A DNA stretch of 52,844 nt, taken from NCBI GenBank assembly GCA_963694535.1, contig CAVODE010000002.1:1-52844 (forward strand), given 5' to 3'. Shown in pieces: positions 46,133 to 52,844 of this stretch; position 1 is the stretch's first letter, and every line of letters starts with the position of its first letter. The stretch is from Dehalococcoidia bacterium (GTDB lineage: Bacteria; Chloroflexota; Dehalococcoidia; UBA2979). Below the pieces are notes generated by a model. That model did not search any database, had not been told where the DNA came from, and was given only the letters and a program-made list of their open reading frames with translations. The translations under genes and the position numbers were made by a program.

Positions 46133-47308
46133 ATGACCGAAGAAAACGCTAAAAAACAAATAATTCCAATCATTCCCACAATAGGCGGAGTGGAGCGGAC
46201 AAACATACTTCCTCTCGTTCACCTGCACATGAAAGCTAACTGGCATCCGGCACCTGTCCATTCCTTTACATTACCGCTTTGGTACCGAGGAACTTATGAT
46301 GAGCAACGCTCGGCACGGTCAGGTACCGTAATTTCGGATCGATCACATCTTGGACGTTTCTATGTAACAGGGGAAAACGCTGAGCGAGTGCTCGATCGTG
46401 TTTTTACGTCTGATCCCTACAACGTAGCAATCGGACACATTAGCCGTACAATCGCCTGTAACGAGGATGGAACTATTTTTGACATTGCGATTTGGTGTCG
46501 CCTAGATGTAGGAAGATGGCTAATTATCTCTGGGCCAAGAACGCAAACAAGCTTACTCAAACGCGTTGAAGAATCTGCCAAAGTGCATCCAGACGTGTTG
46601 GTTAGAGATCGGCTAGAGGAGTCAGTTTTACTCTCAGTTTCAGGGCCCAATGCACCTGACAGCTTAGTTGCAGCCCTAGGACCGACCATCCCTAAGTCCA
46701 TACCACTGAACGAAGGACACGAAATTTTGCTGGGCGGGTACCGCGCGCTCGTTGCAAATTATTCAGAAACTGGCGAGACGGGGTATCTAATCATATGTTC
46801 ACCCGAAGTTGGTGAACATATTTGGCAACAACTCCTATCAGTTGGCGCGGAGCCTATTGGGCTCGCTGCGTCTGATGCCTTGAGACTTGAGGCAAATTTT
46901 CTTGAAGCTCCCGCCGAAATTCCTCATCCTGCTACACCGTTTCATGCTGGGTTAGCTCAGTTAGTAGATATGGAAGACAGTAAAAAAAATCAAAGGACCT
47001 TTGAAGGAAGTGCCCAGCTAGAAAAAGATATGAAAGCGTTTCCAGCCACGCGATCTATCAAAGTTTTCAAGCTGTTAGATAAGGGTTTGGCAAAAAAAGG
47101 AGATATGGTACAGCTACATGATGGAACGGTTGTCAGCGCCTGTGTAACTGCATTTTACTCCGCGGCTCTGGGTGCGAGTTTAGCGTTTGCATATATCCCA
47201 AAAAAACACCTGAATGATTCTATATATATTGACACCGACTCCTCAAGATCTTCGACCGAGTCTATGAGACCAGAAGAAGTTCTTGAAAAAATAAAAAAAA
47301 TACACTGA
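46133..47308 (+). CDS. Aminomethyltransferase (GcvT-like, folate-binding) family protein
   Basis: HLGRFYVTGENAERVLDRVFTSD, GETGYLI and AASDALRLEA are typical of the GcvT/YgfZ/DmdA superfamily. Substrate is unknown. Confidence 0.7.
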   Translation: MTEENAKKQIIPIIPTIGGVERTNILPLVHLHMKANWHPAPVHSFTLPLWYRGTYDEQRSARSGTVISDRSHLGRFYVTGENAERVLDRVFTSDPYNVAIGHISRTIACNEDGTIFDIAIWCRLDVGRWLIISGPRTQTSLLKRVEESAKVHPDVLVRDRLEESVLLSVSGPNAPDSLVAALGPTIPKSIPLNEGHEILLGGYRALVANYSETGETGYLIICSPEVGEHIWQQLLSVGAEPIGLAASDALRLEANFLEAPAEIPHPATPFHAGLAQLVDMEDSKKNQRTFEGSAQLEKDMKAFPATRSIKVFKLLDKGLAKKGDMVQLHDGTVVSACVTAFYSAALGASLAFAYIPKKHLNDSIYIDTDSSRSSTESMRPEEVLEKIKKIH

Positions 47309-47772
47309 ACTGACCTCGTTCTCAACTCTTTATTATGGGCAGTTGGAGTCACATCGCGACTAAAGTCCAACAGGTGTTTCTGTAGCATCAGTACTAGCAC
47401 TCTTCTTTGAATAACGATAAGACTTGAAGCAGGGTATCCGAATCAACGGACTAACTCTTGAAAAATATACTTAGTACTAGTCCTAGCGTATCAATTGCCC
47501 CAATTTGCTTGTAGAACCCAACGGCGAGACTAAACAGCTTCTCAATCCAGACAAACTCAAACAGAAATGGAATCAATGCCCTTACCTAGGCGCCAATAAT
47601 AAAAATATCAGCGTTAGTATGAGCTGTGACTCCCCCATTACACGGAAAGGGCGATCACCAATTCCGTCCCATCATTACCAAAAGTGTCAATCTAACTCGG
47701 ATCCATGAAACGATTATTAGAAGTAGTAGAAAAAAGAACTCGATGAATCTCTCCATATGAGGTTTCTAGTGT

Positions 47773-48555
47773 CTAACGAGCTCGATTACCGCCATCCACC
47801 GGATAAATTCCACCTGTAATGAAGGACGCGTCCGACGAGCATAAATAAGTTACCAGTGCTGCCACTTCCTCAGGCTGACCAATTCGCCCCAGCGGGTACA
47901 TCTCTGCCACTCTGTCCTTCGCCGCATCTATATTATCTGGGTTGGCACCACGAAGAACCGCCTCACCCATTGGCGTGTCAATTATGCCGGGACAAACAGC
48001 ATTTACACGAATATTATGCGACCCTAAACTGAGCGCAGCTGACTTTGTCATTCCTACTACGGCATGCTTACTTGCACCGTACGCGAATAGTGTTGGAGTT
48101 CCACTGAGACCGGCAATCGATGCGGTGTTTACAATTGTACCGTTGCCATTTTTTATCATTGCCTCCGCGACGAATTTCATTCCCAGCCATACGCCCTTTA
48201 CGTTCACAGACATTACATTGTCAAAATCATCTTCCGTATACTCAAATAAATTACGCCACGGGCCGAGAACTCCAGCATTATTAAAAAACGCATCAATACG
48301 GCCGAACTTATCCATAGCCTGAGATACATAATCTTCAACAGAGCTCGAGCTACTAACGTCTGCTGTGACCACATGCACATTAGCCCCCGCTCGTTCAACT
48401 CGTGCCGTGATTTCCTCTAGTGCCGTGCCATCTAAATCCACCAGAACAAGATCTGCTCCATCTTCAGCAAAACGCTGTGCCGTTGCACCGCCTATCCCGC
48501 CCGCTGCTCCAGTCACAACTGCGACCTTACCCTGAAATCTGCCCTCTGTACTCAT
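47773..48555 (-). CDS. SDR family oxidoreductase
   Basis: TGAAGGIG, NNAG, catalytic YGASK, and PGIIDTPM. Confidence 0.9.
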   Translation of the reverse strand: MSTEGRFQGKVAVVTGAAGGIGGATAQRFAEDGADLVLVDLDGTALEEITARVERAGANVHVVTADVSSSSSVEDYVSQAMDKFGRIDAFFNNAGVLGPWRNLFEYTEDDFDNVMSVNVKGVWLGMKFVAEAMIKNGNGTIVNTASIAGLSGTPTLFAYGASKHAVVGMTKSAALSLGSHNIRVNAVCPGIIDTPMGEAVLRGANPDNIDAAKDRVAEMYPLGRIGQPEEVAALVTYLCSSDASFITGGIYPVDGGNRAR

Positions 48556-48621
48556 ACAATCTCCTCAGTGCTAATCGATGCTCTCGCTCCGATAATATAA
48601 CTGACCAAACATCACAACATG

Positions 48622-48658
48622 CAAATAAAAAGAGAGCAGCTTTCTCAAGCTGCTCTCT
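48622..48658 (-). terminator. Rho-independent terminator after the substrate-binding protein gene
   Basis: Perfect 12-bp stem AGAGAGCAGCTT / AAGCTGCTCTCT (48631-48642 / 48647-48658) with a 4-nt loop. On the minus strand it is followed by UUUUAUUU (48623-48630). Confidence 0.75.
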
Positions 48659-48703
48659 CTTATATTTTCAGCAATCGCCGAAACATAATCTAGAAATTCT
48701 AAA

Positions 48704-50587
48704 TTATGACTTGAGCCACATCCAAGCAGTGTTCTCGGCGCCCTGTCCGTAGGACTTCCAGACTCGATAGCCGCCGCTACTTTCCACGGTACCAGTCCAA
48801 TTAACACCTGCTCCAGCTTGACCAGGTACGTAATACATATTCTCCGCATTGATCTTCTGAATCTCGTGGATGTATTCACGTCGCTGCTCATAATCTGACT
48901 CAGCAGCCTGCAGCGCATCAAGTTCACTAATACGTGCGTCCTTGATTCGACCGTGGTTACGTGCATTATCACCAAACATTCGTGGAAAATATCCACCAAC
49001 CTCTGGGAATGGAGTCTCATATCCCCACGCAATACCACTGAAGTTACCTGTGAAGGTCTGAGTGATGTATTGGGACGCATAATCCTGATGCTCAATTTCG
49101 GTCTTCAGACCGACAGCAGTCAGATATGCCTGTACCGCTTCACCAATCTTGTTGAACGTACCTCCAGTGCCACCATATGGGTAATACTGGAACTTAATTT
49201 CTGAGCCGTCATAACCTGTCGCTTGCAGAAGCTTGGCAGCTTCGGCAGGATTGTACTTAAAGTCATTTCCAGCTTTACCCATCTTAGGATCAGTTGGGTT
49301 CAGCCACCACTTCTCAAAACCAGCTGGAATCAGGTTGTTCCACCGCAGTAGATCTTCCTTTGAACCAACACCGGCCTTAACCATAGCTTCAACTTCGTAA
49401 CCGAGCTCGGTAATGTCATCACGATTCTGAGCCATCGAAGTGGCGCGCCTAAATCGTACATCTGACCAAACTGGATTCGCGTCTAGCTCATTGTTTGAGA
49501 AGTACAAGAACGACATCAACGCTGGACGAGCACCGAACCACTGAAGGCCTGGCATTTCTGCTTTCGTTGGAATAACATCGTTCGCGTTTATCGAATTCAA
49601 GTAATGCAAGTTGCCCGCTTTAAGTTGGGCTAGCCTGTTCTGATATTCCGGGACACTGATCCAGTGAAATTCATCAACAAATGGCGCTGAGAACTTGCTC
49701 CCCATTGGAGACAGTGATCCGTGCCAATTAGGATTTCTACTGAATTTAAAGTCAACAGATGGTTCATAGCTCTCAAAAATAAATGGACCAGATCCAATAA
49801 TTTCTTGGGCCGGATCAAATCCACCATTATGTCCTTCAACAGGCTGAACCCATAATGCATTCGGATCACCCATCGTATCGATGAACGTCGCAGACGGAGC
49901 TCCACAAACAAATTTTAAGGTGTAATCATCTATTGCTTCACATGAATCAATATTAGGAACAGTATCCTTGTTAGGAGACTCATCCGCTATGAGCTTGTTC
50001 CAAGAGGAAACAACGTCAGCACTTGTGACTTCGCGCTCATACACAGGAGCCTTGTTATGAAATTTAACGCCCTGCTTGAGCTTAACAATCCAGGTCACCG
50101 CATCCGTAGTCTCAGCTGATTCAGCTAAGTCCGGAACAGGACCAAGGTTGTAAGGACTCTGGCCTTCACCAGTTCCATTCATAAATAAACGACTTACGCT
50201 GAATGAACTCGGGTATTTTGCAAGGTAGGAAAGGTTCCCATAAGGGTCAATCGTAGGCGGATCTTGTATCCAGCTTCCTACTAATTTTCCACCACGCTTA
50301 ACTCCGGGGTATGGATCAACACTAGCCGCAGTTGTCGCAACAGCTGCAACTGAAGTCTGTGTCGATGTTGCAGCTGCAGCCTGAGTTTCAGTTACCTGAG
50401 CCAGAGCCTGAGTAGCTGCAGCTGTTGCTGCACTTCCGCCACTTGCTACTACTTCTTCGTCACTACCACCACAACCTATTAAAGCTGCTCCCGTAATACC
50501 TGCTGCTGCCACTCCGGCACCGCGCATTACAGAACGGCGAGAAACTCTTCGCTGCGTTCCCAATCTACTCCAATAACTCTTTTCCAT
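48704..50587 (-). CDS. ABC transporter substrate-binding protein (family 5, peptide/opine/nickel type) with Tat signal and lipobox
   Basis: RRVSRRSVMRGAGVAAAGITGAALIGCGG gives a twin-arginine signal plus a lipoprotein Cys. An Ala/Thr-rich linker follows, then an SBP_bac_5-like body. Confidence 0.85.
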   Translation of the reverse strand: MEKSYWSRLGTQRRVSRRSVMRGAGVAAAGITGAALIGCGGSDEEVVASGGSAATAAATQALAQVTETQAAAATSTQTSVAAVATTAASVDPYPGVKRGGKLVGSWIQDPPTIDPYGNLSYLAKYPSSFSVSRLFMNGTGEGQSPYNLGPVPDLAESAETTDAVTWIVKLKQGVKFHNKAPVYEREVTSADVVSSWNKLIADESPNKDTVPNIDSCEAIDDYTLKFVCGAPSATFIDTMGDPNALWVQPVEGHNGGFDPAQEIIGSGPFIFESYEPSVDFKFSRNPNWHGSLSPMGSKFSAPFVDEFHWISVPEYQNRLAQLKAGNLHYLNSINANDVIPTKAEMPGLQWFGARPALMSFLYFSNNELDANPVWSDVRFRRATSMAQNRDDITELGYEVEAMVKAGVGSKEDLLRWNNLIPAGFEKWWLNPTDPKMGKAGNDFKYNPAEAAKLLQATGYDGSEIKFQYYPYGGTGGTFNKIGEAVQAYLTAVGLKTEIEHQDYASQYITQTFTGNFSGIAWGYETPFPEVGGYFPRMFGDNARNHGRIKDARISELDALQAAESDYEQRREYIHEIQKINAENMYYVPGQAGAGVNWTGTVESSGGYRVWKSYGQGAENTAWMWLKS

Positions 50588-50868
50588 GAAAATTAAATCC
50601 TTTCATAATTCCCGACCACGCACATACGTACGTCCTCAGTATTTTCGGTCAGTTGTGGAACTATACAACATTAATCGAATTCTGTGGGTATTAAGACATA
50701 AATATTTTTACCATATTTATGGCCTAATTCATTCGAGAATTTTCTCAAAAATGGCTTCCGTTTCTAATTTATCAGACCACATTAATCCAGATGTATTAAT
50801 ACTGAATAAAAAATAGTCTGACATCTTAATGCTGCTCGTTATATAATCACGGTACACGGTGGGGTGCT

Positions 50869-51750
50869 GTGGAGTTGTCTCACATGCCTAATCCCCAATT
50901 TCTAAGCACAATACGCAATAAATATCCGCAAATAAAATGGGCGTTTATTGGCTTGATTATTGGCTGCATGGTAGTACTTCCGACATCAGCCTTAATCGCT
51001 CAGAGTCCATGGGTAACACAGCAGGCAGAAATAGTTGTAAGAAAACTACCTGACGGGCGATTAGAATTTTGTCTTGATGTTGGGATCGGTGAAGAATTGA
51101 TTCGTGAATGCCCGCGACTAAGAATGCTAAATTATGCAGAAGTCGAAACCAACGTGTGGAATCGTTCGACACCGATATTAATAACTAACCCCGACACGAA
51201 TATACAAACGTTAGATCCGGCTACCGGTCTATACAGAACAAAAGCCGGAGACAGCATGGCAAGTGTTTCTGAAAAATTTAATATCTCAATACCGGATCTT
51301 GTGCGATTAAATCCTGATGTTGGAATCATCCTTCGGTCAGGTCAGATATTATCTGTCGATATCGCGTTGGCACCAGCTGTCATTGTAGGAACCGTCCGCA
51401 CAGATGCTGAAGTAATAAGCGGCACCTACACGATCGTCAGTGGTGACTCACTTGGTGCAATTGCCGCGCGATTTGATATCTCTACAAAGCGTATATTGGA
51501 ATTAAATCCGTCAGTTACTAATCCTAATTCGCTTTCGATTGGCCAAATCTTAATCGTTGAGGAAAAAAGAAAAACAGCGCCAGTAAAACCTGCAAAGGCC
51601 GAAACTGTTTACATTGTTCAATCTGGAGATTCACTAAATAGCATCGCTCGAAAATTTTCAGTATCAGTTTCGGCGCTGCGTGAGGCTAACGATATCGAAG
51701 ATGCCGACTTCCTATCCATTGGACAACAGCTCTCAATTCCAAGTCAGTAG
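50869..51750 (+). CDS. LysM-repeat protein with N-terminal membrane anchor
   Basis: Three LysM repeats: YRTKAGDSMASVSEKFNISIPDLVRLNP; YTIVSGDSLGAIAARFDISTKRILELNP; YIVQSGDSLNSIARKFSVSVSALREAN. ATG 50884 is an alternative start. Confidence 0.85.
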   Translation: MELSHMPNPQFLSTIRNKYPQIKWAFIGLIIGCMVVLPTSALIAQSPWVTQQAEIVVRKLPDGRLEFCLDVGIGEELIRECPRLRMLNYAEVETNVWNRSTPILITNPDTNIQTLDPATGLYRTKAGDSMASVSEKFNISIPDLVRLNPDVGIILRSGQILSVDIALAPAVIVGTVRTDAEVISGTYTIVSGDSLGAIAARFDISTKRILELNPSVTNPNSLSIGQILIVEEKRKTAPVKPAKAETVYIVQSGDSLNSIARKFSVSVSALREANDIEDADFLSIGQQLSIPSQ

Positions 51751-51853
51751 AATTCAGACAGAGAACTCGCGGATTACAACCACAACTTAAAATAGGTTAG
51801 TGGTCCGAGATGGTCTGGCTTAAAATCTCCATCAAGAATAGAATACAGAGATT

Positions 51854-52150
51854 ATGGCAATCGATGTACCAATGATTATCCCTTTTGCACTGGCCAGCGG
51901 TCTGATGCTGTGGGGAGTCCTTTCAGCAGTAAGTGCGTTCAGCGGTACCTACGATAACGCCGGCATTCCAAAAATATATTCTTCCGTGGAAAGGATCGTA
52001 GAAGTGCCAGAAAACTCTGTTGAAAATAAGGCTAATGCTAAACAAAGACCACAAAGTGAGAGCCCAATCGTGATAGCTATTTTATACGCCGGAGGTCTTG
52101 GTGTGATGGGAATGCTCGGCTTAATGCTCATTGCATCACTGATTTGGTGA
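51854..52150 (+). CDS. Small hypothetical membrane protein (2 TM)
   Basis: 98-aa ORF with hydrophobic N- and C-terminal segments. No family recognised. Confidence 0.35.
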   Translation: MAIDVPMIIPFALASGLMLWGVLSAVSAFSGTYDNAGIPKIYSSVERIVEVPENSVENKANAKQRPQSESPIVIAILYAGGLGVMGMLGLMLIASLIW

Positions 52151-52211
52151 TACGTTCTAACCAGTAAAGACTGGTCTTTTCAGAACAAACAAAGTCAAAG
52201 GGAGTTTAACC

Positions 52212-52844
52212 ATGGGTGACACAGTTCTCTATGAACGAGAAGGCCATATCGGCACAATTACATATAACCGACCCGAAGCAATGAATGCCATTAACGGACA
52301 GTTACGTGAAGATTTAAACGCTGCATGGGAAGCATTTAGAGATGACGAAGAAGCCTGGGTGGGAATAGTGACTGGTAATGGTCGAGCCTTTTGTGCGGGA
52401 GCTGACATCAAGTCTTTTGGTGAGACACCTGACACGAAAGGGACCTTTTGGGAAATTCCATCGTTCACATCTTTGGAGTCTGGCATGGAGGTATGGAAAC
52501 CAGTCATAGCTGCTGTGAATGGCTATGCACTCGGTTTTGGCCTCACTCTTGTATCGGCATGTGACTTCGTTATAGCAAGTGAAAAGGCTGAGTTTGGCTT
52601 TCCGGAAGTTCGTATCGGAGTGCCAACCATTCAGGGCGCAGTTCGCATGCCCAAAAAAGTTGGTTGGCAAAATGCGATGGAATTACTCCTAATTGGTGAA
52701 CGAGTCAATGCACAACGTGCTAAGGAAATGGGACTCGTCTGGAAAATAGTCGAGCATGAAACACTGATGGATGAAGCGATAACTCTTGCAAATCGCCTGC
52801 TCGAAAGCGCACCATTAGCTGTTAGAGCAACAAAAGAAGTCGCG
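52212..52844 (+). CDS. Enoyl-CoA hydratase/isomerase family protein (3'-truncated by window end)
   Basis: Not in the ORF track because no stop lies inside the window. Hand translation from ATG 52212 (AGGGAG SD upstream) gives MGDTVLYEREGHIGTITYNRPEAMNAI...VTGNGRAFCAGADIK...AAVNGYALGFGLTLVSACD... It is open for 211 codons to the window edge. Confidence 0.85.
   Translation, partial: MGDTVLYEREGHIGTITYNRPEAMNAINGQLREDLNAAWEAFRDDEEAWVGIVTGNGRAFCAGADIKSFGETPDTKGTFWEIPSFTSLESGMEVWKPVIAAVNGYALGFGLTLVSACDFVIASEKAEFGFPEVRIGVPTIQGAVRMPKKVGWQNAMELLLIGERVNAQRAKEMGLVWKIVEHETLMDEAITLANRLLESAPLAVRATKEVA

Noticed and set aside
47505-47708. 67-aa + strand ORF in the 47309..47772 gap
   Set aside because: It has a TTG start, no SD and a polar low-complexity product, so it is not convincing as a gene.
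48571-49095. 174-aa minus-strand ORF
   Set aside because: It is an alternative frame overlapping the 3' part of the SBP gene, and it spans the terminator hairpin.
52229-52670. 92-aa and 118-aa minus-strand ORFs
   Set aside because: They are antisense to the unlisted but clearly crotonase-like + strand frame 52212..52844.
1-52844. CRISPR arrays, rRNA genes, transposases/integrases, toxin-antitoxin or known defence-system genes
   Set aside because: No regularly spaced direct repeats, rRNA-like stretches or recognisable mobility/defence protein motifs were seen in the sequence or the six-frame track.

Overview
52.8-kb chromosomal segment, about 45% GC by eye. Gene content suggests an F420-using bacterium, probably a marine Chloroflexota- or Actinomycetota-like lineage. 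That placement is inference from npdG plus cofE, two LLM-class oxidoreductases, a PAC2-like protein, an MshC-like ligase and many CoA-transferase, crotonase and acyl-CoA genes. No search was run. I call about 50 protein genes, one tRNA-His, one decayed gene and several structured non-coding elements. The core content is scattered branched-chain amino-acid biosynthesis (leuB-cimA; leuA-leuC-leuD; ilvB-ilvN-ilvC; ilvE). It also holds cobT-cobS, lexA with a Gram-positive-type SOS box, holA, and two acyl-CoA metabolism cassettes (carboxyltransferase and CoA-transferase; thiolase, DUF35, ACAD, crotonase). I saw no CRISPR array, rRNA, transposase or integrase. Main points worth a second look: (1) ORFs 1163..1693 and 1712..2062 are one reading frame interrupted only by TGA, at the U-x-x-C-H position of PrdB/GrdB-family selenoproteins. 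(2) A roughly 180-nt structured leader with its own promoter and an SD-sequestering helix precedes a 73-aa zinc-ribbon ORF, divergent from cobTS; it is a candidate riboswitch with loose cobalamin-like motifs. (3) An unlisted 30-codon ORF ending VIPAHLVPVVVVS sits upstream of ilvB and is followed by alternative hairpins. (4) A frameshifted cobU remnant follows cobS. (5) A CysRS paralog with MshC-like architecture is present. (6) A perfect 20+20 bp palindrome lies between ilvE and an MBL/GcvT-like pair. The ORF track misses a partial crotonase gene running off the 3' end (52212..52844, +).
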